A stretch of DNA of 64,000 nucleotides, taken from positions 496,001 through 560,000 of the forward strand of contig BCGN01000005.1 in assembly GCA_001599295.1 (NCBI GenBank), in the 5' to 3' direction. Below, in pieces: positions 33,860 to 45,733 of the stretch (position 1 is the first letter of the stretch; the number at the start of each line of letters is the position of its first letter). The notes under the pieces are model-generated. The model was not told the origin of the DNA. It saw nothing but the letters and a program-made list of their open reading frames with translations, and ran no database searches. The translations under genes were made by a program, and so were the position numbers. The DNA is from Sporopachydermia quercuum (Eukaryota).

Positions 33860-36800
33860 TTCTGACTAAAAAATGCAGTAATATATAGAACAGTTGACAA
33901 AACATGAAATTTGTTTGATATATCAGACAAATTATATCAGGGTCTGGGGATGTTGAGTGTTGTCTTAGTGTTATTTCTCGTATTCTGATACAGGAGTAAG
34001 ATAAGAAGTAAAAAAAATTGCGCCTGAATCCTCGAAAATGGTTGAGGGATGCTATTTATTTTTCCTTTCCTGTGAGCTATTGAACAACAACAAAGCCGCG
34101 TCAATTTCTAGTGCATCTAACAAGGAGTTTTCCAATCAGTAAACCGTGATATTTAATTTGCACCCTTTCTGAACGATGGATTCAACTAGTATTTCACCAA
34201 GCAGAGTAATGAATGATAAATGAAAACAGTGAGATGTGATGATTGAAATCGTTTTAGGTGACAGAGTTATCATATGCATTAAAATGCAGGATTATGTAGG
34301 AACATGCGCCTAAAAAAACAAAACATGATTATTATGGTCAGTGTTACATGTAAAAAACAACCATAATGTTTCTGTATGCGAATTCTTCCTACTTTAAATG
34401 AATTAGTATCTATTGAAGTGATTATGTAAGGTCAATCATCGCTATTGAACATTGGTAGCTTGCTGAAGTAGAGTAGTTGTGCACCGTATTAGTACAAATT
34501 GTCTATAAACATAGATTCTATCAATATATAATCCTCAATGCAATTTGTTTTTGTCGATTCAAATAACAAAAAGGAGTTGGTTGATACAATTTTTTCTTTC
34601 TTTTAGCCTCCAATAGNAACATATATATTTCCTTCACAATGAGAACGATGCCATTATTTTACATTTAATAGTCTTTACCAACATCTACCTTATAATGAAC
34701 AACTGTCTCTCCTATAAATTTCACAGCATACAATCTTCATGCTGTAATGAAAATGGTTAAATATTGTCCATCATAACAGAGTTTGAATCAACTCAAGAAA
34801 TACCTTCCTAATTTCGTACACGTTTTGCTGCCAGCCTCCATAAATCATTCCTTCACCTCAAATATCTTTCTACTTATCTTTCTACTGTATTATCTCAATC
34901 ATCACTGTAGTCCTTAGTGTAACAACTCTTCCATAATAATCATCGACAACATGTTATCCATTCAACCTCTTTTTCTTTCTTTCAGAATCACTTTTATGGT
35001 TCCGTACACTCATTCAAGCAACTTCCCCGCAATAAAAATTAGAAACATTCTCATTATGTAATCTTACGGCCTAGTTACTACTTTTCATCAATGTCAAAGG
35101 TATAATACTATTATCAATTATTTGATGTACAGAATAGTACTTTCAATAAACATTATATAGCATTATGGTATTATGTTTTGACTGTGAACATAAGCATGTG
35201 TTATAGGAATCTAAAGCAAGTATATCTTACTAAAGTTGGATGTACTATGAGAAATTGAAATTTTGGTGTACCAATTTGGGAACTTGGGAACTTTTTAACT
35301 TATGTGTGATGATGAGATGAAATGTAGTTGATGAGTCTTACTATTAGATAATTGATTTCTTCTAAGCTCTGAATTCACAAGGTATTCAAGAAAAATAAGA
35401 AAAAATGGATATTTTGACTGGATCAGGCAACATAATACTTTATTGATATACTGGGATGTTCAGTTGAGAAGTAAAGCATGGAGATTATTCGATAATTTCC
35501 AATGCTACTTAAAAAATTGAACCAATTTAGCTTATTAAATAAGGAAACTAGAATTTTAGTCAATCAAATACTGCTAAGAATCTCAAGGTGAAAGAATTCT
35601 GTAACTCGAGTATTTACTTTGTTTGTTCGTTATTAATAATACCAATTAACCTCGTACTACTCTTATTTATCAGATTGGTCTTGCATTAATGAACAAAGTT
35701 GAGTTTAAGGTTCTCAACTTGCATACGACTACATATGGAGAAAGAAATACCATTGTTAATTCTTCAACCCGTTGTTCAATTACCTCTCACAAGTTCATTA
35801 TTTATTCAATACGATAGAAAAACAGCTCTAATGTGCAAACTGACTTTTAATATCAGCACTGATACAACCAAACAATCCTCAATAAATGAAAATTTACATT
35901 CATTCACTCAACTCTTTAGCTGTTAGTGGCCTACAGAGCAAACGTCTCAACTTGATGGCTCATCATTTGAACTAAATGAAACAACTAAAGAGGACTTTGG
36001 GATTTTGGGATTATCAACTAGTTGGTCTAGGGCATCACTTCATCCCGTTATGGTAAAATTACTTATCCAACTACCGTATTACACATATTTTAGTTGCCCT
36101 TGACATAGTNAAGTCTTTCGTAGATTCTCATTTGACAGGTTATGAATCACCATTTAATTACATTGCTTGCCCTCAAGCTTTTGGTTATTCCAGTCATTTA
36201 CCAAAGTCTTAACTGCAATCTTTAAACTCTTAAACAAATTATATCATCAGTACTCTATTCTTTTTTCAACTATCAATTATATATTTCATATTTCCAATTG
36301 TTTTTCTTAACTGCTCCATCTTTATTCTTGTTCTTCCGTGTCCAACAAATGATAACCCCAACCAAGTTAATAAGTTTTACCGTATAATATACGTAGGCGC
36401 ATCATCACTTTCCCCACTTTTGACTTTAACATTATTTCCTCTTTCGCACAGGGTTTTTAAGAAAGTTTAGAATTAGTATATTTAGCTCCAAACTTATTAC
36501 AAAGAATNAGAATTAATTGAAAGATATATATAATACAAGGAAGGCAAGGAAGGGGTATGAACTTATCACCAACAACTAATGAGATGAAAACCAGGGAAAT
36601 AATAATTAGATAGTTGGAATAAGTGTTATAGAGATACCTGAAGACGAATGCTGGGAATGCTTTCTCTGAGAATATTTGTTATCGTAGAATCGTGATAGTA
36701 TTGACTTCGATTTTTTGAACACTTTTATCAAAGGCTCAAAGGTTCAAAGGTTGGGATATATTAAGTATTATTCATTGACCATTATTTAGTACTGTCAGGA

Positions 36801-37005
36801 AGAATATCCTGTTGGTTCTTTTATTCAAGCATTCAGTTTTGATCACTGCAATTGAAGAGAAATAGAAAAAGTTCTGCAGATAGACCAAAAAGAACATTAA
36901 AGATAGAGAAGAAACTGATCAAGAAAAGGCTATTCATTGTCATCATACAATATTGAAAGTTACCTCTCTATCGTCTCTCTTATAATCATCTTTTTGTTCT
37001 CAGAA

Positions 37006-38364
37006 ATGGAAATTCACAATTTTTATCCCAACAAAGCCCACAGCATTCATGATTTCAGCAGAAAGGAAGCTTCAAAGGACAAATCAATATCCTCACCTGG
37101 ATCATTATCATCAAATACTTCTACACTATCAAATGTATCAGAGTTAACCAGCTTCTCAAGTAATCTTGCGTCTAGCAAAAGTGCCGGTTCTCAAGAATCT
37201 GTCAGCTACTTTTTGCCAAACATGACAAATCATCCGCAACATAGCTCCAATTTTCTCAGTTATGGTAGTTCCAATTTTGGAACTAATGATACTCAAGGGT
37301 TTAGTAACAGTTTTGGGAGTGGAAACACTAACTCTGGTAGCGCAAATTATACCACCAGTAAGTTTCAAGAAGGAGTTTTTGAGAAAAGTGAGCAATCCAG
37401 ATTTAATTTGCATAATGCAACTACAAATCCTTCTTTTTTTGGCTTTGCCTCTAATACTAGTTCAAATTTACAGCAGTTTAAACCTGAAAGAAGATCCAGT
37501 ATTAATGTTGCATCTATTCAAACAAATCTTTCGGCACAAGTAATTCCACAGTCGATGGAGACTTCAAGAAGACCATCTTTCAATGCTGAGTTTCCAACAG
37601 AAAACATTGTAAGTCCCCAGATCCCTGATTACTTGAATCAAAATGCACCATTTATAGAACCCACAATTTCATCTCCTCATCATCGCTCGCTTTACTTGGA
37701 GTTTTCAACATATTTCTTGCAAGATCATGATCATAGAGTACCTATGCATCCAGACAAACTAGCTCATTTTGTTTCTTCACCTTTGAATAACTTTTCAACT
37801 TTGTCATTACCATGTTATCCAGCTACTATATCCACATTAATACTTGTTGCATTTAAATGTGGTAGATCAGATATTTATCAATTGCCATCTTCAGTTGATA
37901 TGATTGTTAGATATGGTGACATTGTAATAGTTGATGCTGATAGAGGAAAAGATATGGGATTGGTAGTTTGCCAATTGGATCACGAACAAGCCAAGATTTT
38001 CAAATTCAACCAATTTGCAATTCAGAATAGAACGCTACAAATGAGTGAATCTAATGTAACCTTGCCACCTGTTNATCTCCCTAAACCGATTATTAGATTT
38101 GCTCAACCCATTGAAGTAACACAATTGAAGTCTAAACTTACTGATGAAATTAATGCTAAGCTCCTCTGTCAAGAGAAGTTAGCAATGATGGTAGGAAATA
38201 TAGGCTCTGGTAGTATGGTGATTTTAGATGCAGAGTATCAATGGGATAGGAGAAAGTTAACATTTTTTTATCAAACATTAAGAGGAAGAGTTGATTTTAG
38301 AAGTTTGGTCAAGGAGTTGTTCCGTATATATAAGACTAGAATATGGATGTGTGCTGTTAGTTGA
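37006..38364 (+). CDS. PSP1: PSP1 C-terminal domain protein
   Basis: LVAFKCGRSDIY, GDIVIVDADRGKDMG, DAEYQWDRRKLTFFY and RVDFRSLVKELFRIYKTRIWMCA. First ATG at 37006; the ORF-track start is TTG. Confidence 0.85.
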   Translation: MEIHNFYPNKAHSIHDFSRKEASKDKSISSPGSLSSNTSTLSNVSELTSFSSNLASSKSAGSQESVSYFLPNMTNHPQHSSNFLSYGSSNFGTNDTQGFSNSFGSGNTNSGSANYTTSKFQEGVFEKSEQSRFNLHNATTNPSFFGFASNTSSNLQQFKPERRSSINVASIQTNLSAQVIPQSMETSRRPSFNAEFPTENIVSPQIPDYLNQNAPFIEPTISSPHHRSLYLEFSTYFLQDHDHRVPMHPDKLAHFVSSPLNNFSTLSLPCYPATISTLILVAFKCGRSDIYQLPSSVDMIVRYGDIVIVDADRGKDMGLVVCQLDHEQAKIFKFNQFAIQNRTLQMSESNVTLPPVXLPKPIIRFAQPIEVTQLKSKLTDEINAKLLCQEKLAMMVGNIGSGSMVILDAEYQWDRRKLTFFYQTLRGRVDFRSLVKELFRIYKTRIWMCAVS

Positions 38365-40251
38365 TGATGAATTTTTAATGCTGTCATGATTATACAAATG
38401 AAAGATTTAATATATATTGGATATAGATTTATAATAGTATTTTTTTATAAAGGAAATTATGTATAAAGGAGAGAGTACTGGTTCTTGTTGAAAAAAGGTT
38501 GTATAGTGCGGTACTAGTAAGTTCATTGTCCTTATCATCCACATCGAAGAATCAACTGCACCTACCGTTTATATATATCATTTTACCTCATTTAAGTCAA
38601 AACTGTAGGTAACTCTACATTTTATCAATCCTGGACAACATCTCACTTCACAGGCCAATAGATCTCAATCAATGATAGTTGGATCATACCTAACAATCAA
38701 CATACCTACGAAATCGAGTTTAGAGCACCATTTCTAACGTACATACAACGCAAAAAAATGCAGCTATTTGAAATTTGTTGAAGAGAACTGAGTAACCAAT
38801 CTAGTGTACTTTTTTCGCCTGTTTTTAGTTGAAAACAAGTGTAGAATGAAGCATGGGTTTCCTCATTGACATGACCTTTTCATAGCTTTTTCTTTGAAAG
38901 AAACTGCTTATCAAACTTTATTTCTATTCAGATGGACTACGTTATTTCAGACTGTCGAAGTACATAAACGAAGATTGATATCTTTGAATGAGTTTAAGAG
39001 TGATCAGATTAATTTGTTGGATATTAGCTTTTCAGCCCTTACATAAGATAGAAAGAAAGTTTTATTTATTTAATTGCTTTTAGTTGCTTGTTTTCTACTT
39101 GCTTTCATCTTCAAAATGCTCATTAGAATGCAAATAATTCTCTGAAAAAACTAGACTCTCTGCTGCTAAATATAGTTCAACCAATGGTTCACACAAAAGA
39201 GGCATACTACTTAAACTTTCTTTGTCTTAACTTCGAAATTCTTTGTCAACTTAAATCATTATCTATGCTATCTGAAAATTGATCATTTCCAGAAACAGAC
39301 TAACTCATTGTTCTCAAAAGACAATTCAATTTTAATCATTTACCTACAGCCTTCTCACTCTCTTCTACTCTTCAGTTCAATTCATGATATCATTTCTCTT
39401 ACACTTTCTTCCTAATTACCCACCCAATTAGACGCAATTAAGCTTTTGTGTGCTTCGAAACTTACTTATACTTCCCTCTGCATTAACCTACGCCTTACCT
39501 GCATATCTCTTGTACTAAAAAGACTTCCGCATGGATCATTTGATGCTCTTCTCTCAGAAAGAGAATCTTTTTCCTTTTTATAGTGGTAATAGACTGAAAT
39601 AAGGCTACTCATCGAATTTTACACTTTTCTATAAACTTCTAAAATTCATAAGTTTTCCTGTTCTTTGTCCTGTTCCTCTCATTTTCTTGAGCAGATTGTC
39701 ATTTTATTCCATCCTAAATGCTTGTCATTTGCATTATCTACTGAACGTTGTGCGAAATCACCTATTCTCTACTGGTCTGCATATTATCGGGGCACAGGCA
39801 TCTAATGGAAGACGGCAGACAGGCTATAAACATCAGGATTATTTAATACCGAGGATTTCAACTTGATCAACTGACTGATTTCCAGAAGCAGCTAATGTCT
39901 AAATCATTTTATTTATTACCTTCATTTCTCAACACCATTAGTTATACTTTCTTGCTTTCTTTCTGTAGCCAAGCTTAATGGAAATTTTCTCGCAGAGCAT
40001 CGCAGCATAGCCTAGGATCAACTAACGGGAAGGAAAGTACTACAAAAAAAAACACTAACCACTAAAACTCATACAAATAAAATAGGAACATATTTGCATT
40101 CCTTCTTATTATAAGTATTAATTTATGACAAAGAATCGTATAAATAATATATGAAAGCTTGTCATAAATATATAGGGTTTTTTATGCAGAAAAGGACAAA
40201 TTGGAAAACACTCATTTATTAACAAACTCGCTCGTACGAGTAAATAGAAAA

Positions 40252-41337
40252 ATGAGAAGATTATCGTTTGGATTGAATAAATTCTCGTGGGCGGAAAGGT
40301 TTCATTCTTGGAATGGATTTGATTTGATATTCACTATCATGCTGATTGGGATCTATATCGGGTGCAATCAACTGAAACCCTTTGACCGAGATTTCTATAT
40401 CAACGATTTAACAATATCTCATCGCATTGCATCAACTGAAAGAGTCACATCAAGGCAATGTGTAGCAATTGCATTATGTGTACCTGTTGGATCAATAATA
40501 ATAGTTACACTATTATTAGAATCAGGCAATAAATGGACCAAACTGCGATTAATGTACCTTTCAATTATGGGACTTGTTATTTCATTATGCGTGAATGGTA
40601 TTTTAACTGATATCTTGAAAAACTGGATAGGGAGACATAGACCTGATTTTATTGCAAGATGTGTTCCTGATGAGTCTACTTTGGAGAATGTCTTTGTAAC
40701 ATCGGCAGTATGCACAACGACAGATGCTGATCGATTATTAGATGGAATGAGATCAACTCCTTCAGGTCATTCATCAACCTCGTTTGCTGGATTGTTTTAT
40801 CTGACTCTATGGTTCCTTGGCCAGTTCTTAGCCTTAAGAGATGGAGTTGAATACTACAAGAGTTTCATTGCTTTGGTTCCTTCTATTGGTGCTGCTTTAA
40901 TTGCTTTATCAAGGACGGAAGATTATAGACACCATTTTATCGATGTCATTCTAGGATCTATTCTAGGTATATGTGTTGCATGGTACACCTATCGAAAGAT
41001 CTTCCCTAAACTTCATTCTGATGTCAGCTTTAAACCTTATGATAAACCAAGCTTTATATTTACCCCGGTGTTTGGTGACGCTAAGAAAGATGATTACGAG
41101 GAGATACTCTCACAATCAGACATTGAGAATCAAATAAGAGCCACTGAAATGGGTCCTTACGCCGGAAGTACCGGAAGTAGGTCCAGAGTCTCTCTAAATG
41201 GTTCTACATATGTGCCGGATTATCCTAGTTATAACTCTCACAGGACGGATGGTTCGCCATCCATTGTCGACAGAGGGTACAATGAAATGGGAGGTGAACT
41301 GAATAAAAGTGTATTGGATACACATGGTAGAAGATAA
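40252..41337 (+). CDS. DPP1: Diacylglycerol pyrophosphate phosphatase (PAP2 family)
   Basis: Three PAP2 motifs KNWIGRHRP, PSGH and SRTEDYRHHFID; multiple TM segments. First ATG at 40252. Confidence 0.88.
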   Translation: MRRLSFGLNKFSWAERFHSWNGFDLIFTIMLIGIYIGCNQLKPFDRDFYINDLTISHRIASTERVTSRQCVAIALCVPVGSIIIVTLLLESGNKWTKLRLMYLSIMGLVISLCVNGILTDILKNWIGRHRPDFIARCVPDESTLENVFVTSAVCTTTDADRLLDGMRSTPSGHSSTSFAGLFYLTLWFLGQFLALRDGVEYYKSFIALVPSIGAALIALSRTEDYRHHFIDVILGSILGICVAWYTYRKIFPKLHSDVSFKPYDKPSFIFTPVFGDAKKDDYEEILSQSDIENQIRATEMGPYAGSTGSRSRVSLNGSTYVPDYPSYNSHRTDGSPSIVDRGYNEMGGELNKSVLDTHGRR

Positions 41338-42978
41338 ATACAATACGAGTAGATATAACTGTCTGGATAGCTCATACAACAGGTATTGATAGATCAAGAT
41401 GAACTCTTGGTCATCATAATAAATCAAAAAGTCTTAGAAAAGAAGCAGTTTTGTTTTTTCTGAAGAATATTCCTATGGTCAAATTCCTTCTACTATGTTA
41501 CTCCCATAACGCCTTTCTCCTCATTTCATCGCATCAAACATCACAGTGATTTTACAACTTTTGTTCGGCCTTACTTTCAAACCGCATGAACTCCATAGAA
41601 ATCAATAGATTCAAGGAGTATATGAATATCATTCATTGTGTTACATATGTATTCTTCCCTATTTTATATACCATTTTCTCCAATAATCCTATGTATAATC
41701 TTCATTTGCGATCACCCTTCGTTGTCTCGAAGCATTACAAATTGCGATACATTTTTGTCCTTTGATTAATGTCGCGTGACAACTATTACAGGATTATCTC
41801 TATCGAGATTTTCTGGACAAATGTGACCTGNAGAAAACATGAAACAGCTTGTGGGACATAATATCATCTAGCCTATTGAGACATCTTAAGTGAAGTAAGT
41901 GACAAGAGGAATTCCGGTTGCAATAGACAGTTGGAATAGCATAAGAGTGAAAATCACTTCGAAGGAATGAAATTCACCTTAAAATAAGAGTGATTACCAC
42001 TTTAGGACATATTAATCAACGTTTTTCTTATTTTATCTTATATTCTGCTACTACAACCAACATATGACAGTCGTACATGAAGTGTTAATCTATCGATAGC
42101 TAGAAATATTTGCAGGAACAAGACAAGAGAGGCTAGAACCTGACAAGACCAGAAGATTTATCCGACAATCTGAGAACATAACATTTCTGCTATATTATTC
42201 TACCACATAGAATGACAAATAATCTCCAATTCCTCAAACTTTACTTGAACTACACATCCTTCCAACAATTTGTATGATTAATTACTTATTTCATTCTTAA
42301 CCGTTTGGGCAGCTTTCTCTAAGTAGCCCATCAACAACTCCTTCTTCTACATTATCACATGCATTTTCATATACTTATTCTCGCATTGTCACACTTCTCA
42401 TCACTTAGATCTCTCACCCCCCACCTTCTGAGTCTCCTTAACTTTGTCCCTTATCTATCTTTATCCGGACAATATGGCAATTAGGAAATTTCAAGCCTTT
42501 GATGTATTTTTACTACAAACCCCAATCCGCAAACTTCCTTCTACTTATTATCATCATACTATTGTTCTGCGACTGTTTATTATGGTAGAAGCTCCATATA
42601 AACGAAAGATTATCACGATAGACATTGAATTGGAACTTGTCAAAACTGGGGATTTTGAAATTTTGTCGCATTAAGAAGCTTGCAATTCATCACAGCATTC
42701 AATTTACGTGGATTTATACTATACCCAATCCTTGTAACCATAACATATGGTTTTTGTAGAGAAGAGAACCCTGAATGCAAAATAGCCAAAGTAACACTGG
42801 TTGATATTAATCGACGATAATTACTACAAGGCTTGACAATCATCAAGGCCTTCAATAGAACAAAATAGCTTATCAGGATACAGCACACTGAGCAAGAAGA
42901 ACTTAGCATATGATAAAAAGTTGACCGGAATAAACAACACAATATAAAGAACTCATCCAATACAATAAACTAGCAAAA

Positions 42979-44712
42979 ATGTCATTTTCCTTCAAATTAT
43001 TCTCAACGGGAACGTTGTCCTTTTTTCAAACAAGTTTGAAACTGCAGAAAAGTAATATAGAACTTTCGAAGCAAGAAAACCATGGACAGAATGTGTCATC
43101 AACAGATAGCAATAGCAATAACAGCAGTAGTAGTATGACTGACTCTACTAATACTAATTCTAATGCTAACCTTACAGCAAAGAGCACATCATCAAATACT
43201 GCAGCGAATCATCAACAGCAAAGAAAACGGAGTTTTGATCATGACATTTCATCATTAGCCGCTACTGCTTATTATCTACCGCATCATTTAGTTAACCTTC
43301 AACGACCTAAACAACAGCTACAGCAGAAACAACCAGCAAATGAAGACTCTGGTGAATACATCGACTTTGCAAATATCACAACTTTGCTGAACACGATTTT
43401 CCCTTCCCTGCCAGTAGGAAGCTTAGCTATTGCTAAATTAACCGGTGGTATCACCAATATGCTACTGAAATGTACCTATTCAAACTTACAACCACCAGAA
43501 ACTACTCAAGCAGAACCACGTGATGATGGCAGTCCTACAAGTCTTACAGTATTAGTTCGCGCTTATGGTGAAGGAACAGACGTTATCATCGACAGAGATC
43601 GTGAGTTTGTTTCTCATTTGCATCTTCATGCATTAAAATTAGCCCCTACTTTATACGCAAGATTTGGTAACGGTTTAGTATATGGTTTCATTCCAGGAAG
43701 GTCTATTCATCATACAGAAATGGGCCATGAGGATATTATGCCTTTTGTTGCTGGAAGATTAGGACAATGGCATGCATTATTAGACGGAGAGAAGATTCAG
43801 GAAGGAATTTTAAGAATCAAACAAACGGCTAAATTTCAAACAACTCAAACAGGTTCATTTACTAAGGACATTTGGAGTCTGCTGGATTCGTGGATTTCTA
43901 TTATGCCCAACAAACCAGGGAAAAACTGTAAAGAATCGCTAAGAAAAGAACTATTTTGGCTGAAATCAAATATATCAAAACTAGGTGGTCCTTTGGTCAT
44001 TGGTCATTGCGATTTATTATCTGGTAATATCGTAGTACCAGAAGCTTATCCTGATGAAAAAGAATCCGAACAAGAATTGTCGTTATCCTCTTCATTGTCA
44101 ATAACATCATCTTCTGCATCGTCATCCACATTTGAATCATCGTCATTATTGGCGACTGCTGATAATGACTCCGAATATGAAGGTTCAGGCTACGTTTATA
44201 GAAATCCTATAAACTTCATTGACTATGAATATACAATGTTAACTCCAAGAGCATTTGATTTAACAAACCATTTCATGGAATGGCAAGGGTTCGAATGTGA
44301 TGTTTCAAGAATTCCACCTCCAAGAAGGGAAAATGAAACTATGCGTTCATTTGCTAAAGAATATTTGACATCATTTGCTGAGTTCTATCAAATTAAGTAC
44401 GGTGTGAAATATGATGATGCGTATTTCAAGGGAATACCTTTAGGACCTCGTGATGGGCACTCCACTTGCACATCATTGTTTCTTGATAGTAATGAGTATG
44501 ATGTTGAGCAAATATCTGTTACAGAAGATGAGATTGATGGTTTGATTGATGAACTGGCATTATATTGGGGAATGCCAGGGTTCTATTGGGGTATTTGGAG
44601 TGCTATCCAATCTACGATTTCATTAATTGACTTTGATTATGGTCAATACAGTGATAATAGACTAGAAGAATATTGGAGGTGGAGAGATAGTGTTGAAGGT
44701 GTTTTTGATTAG
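42979..44712 (+). CDS. EKI1: Ethanolamine (choline/ethanolamine family) kinase
   Basis: LTGGITNML, VLVRAYGEGTDVIIDRDRE, LYARFGNGLVYGFIPG, Brenner motif HCDLLSGN, FIDYEY and FYWGIWSAIQ. Confidence 0.82.
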   Translation: MSFSFKLFSTGTLSFFQTSLKLQKSNIELSKQENHGQNVSSTDSNSNNSSSSMTDSTNTNSNANLTAKSTSSNTAANHQQQRKRSFDHDISSLAATAYYLPHHLVNLQRPKQQLQQKQPANEDSGEYIDFANITTLLNTIFPSLPVGSLAIAKLTGGITNMLLKCTYSNLQPPETTQAEPRDDGSPTSLTVLVRAYGEGTDVIIDRDREFVSHLHLHALKLAPTLYARFGNGLVYGFIPGRSIHHTEMGHEDIMPFVAGRLGQWHALLDGEKIQEGILRIKQTAKFQTTQTGSFTKDIWSLLDSWISIMPNKPGKNCKESLRKELFWLKSNISKLGGPLVIGHCDLLSGNIVVPEAYPDEKESEQELSLSSSLSITSSSASSSTFESSSLLATADNDSEYEGSGYVYRNPINFIDYEYTMLTPRAFDLTNHFMEWQGFECDVSRIPPPRRENETMRSFAKEYLTSFAEFYQIKYGVKYDDAYFKGIPLGPRDGHSTCTSLFLDSNEYDVEQISVTEDEIDGLIDELALYWGMPGFYWGIWSAIQSTISLIDFDYGQYSDNRLEEYWRWRDSVEGVFD

Positions 44713-45733
44713 ATTGTGAGAATTATGGATAACAAAACGGAGTATCTGGTGATTTGTTATTGATTTTTGGTTAATGGTTTGGTAAAGGAATGAATAAGAA
44801 AATGAGATAGAAAAAGACAGAAAGACAGAAAGAAAGAAAGAAAGAAACCAATGTATTAATAGACAGAAGAATGATTTTTATTGTTACTAAAGCTATTTAC
44901 ACTTCTATTATTATTAGCATTTATAAGCATTAGTATAGTCATTATGAGTATGCATTTCTATGTTGATAAATATGTTTTAATTGTTGATGAATATACTGTA
45001 GAGTATAAAGGAATTCGTGTAACTTTTAGGAAATAGTTTATGTCAGTTAGCAAATGAATCTGCAAGAAACCCTCATGTTTAGTTAACAGCATCATTTGTT
45101 TTGTTGATAATAGTAATATTCTCGTTTTATCATTAATTTGAATTGAAGCCTCACAAAGTACCATGCAGACAATTTATGATAAGCTCATTTATGCTAAGAA
45201 GCTTTTTGTTTATTAACTTACATTGATAAGTTCAAATATTACAGCAAAGAACAATTGTTGGGTATATTGAACATTAATTGAATGAAAGCATGAATTTGTA
45301 GTTCATGTCGCCCGTGAGCAATTTATGTCATGTCGCTCTGTCAGTTATGCAATCTCTGTAACTTATGTAATTATTAATGCAATTATTCATGAGTATTCAT
45401 TAGTTGATTTTGCTTCTCTGCTGCATGTCATAAATCAATTAATGCATCAACAGATATTCAGATATCCAGCCATAACTAAAAGAATATTGAAATCACATTT
45501 ACTAGCCTATTAATTATCCATAAAGTATTGATGGATCATTTCATCAGCTGTGGAATTATTAATTGACATTTCTAGTTGTATTACTAATCATTAATCATTA
45601 ATCAATAAATTATTCGATAAAATATTGATTTGCTTTTCCTCAAAGTTCTCCAGTAACTCATTCAGTCATTTAATAATCAAAGCAATTAAAGNAATCAAGC
45701 AATAACCATCTGAATAATAAATAAGTAATTCAC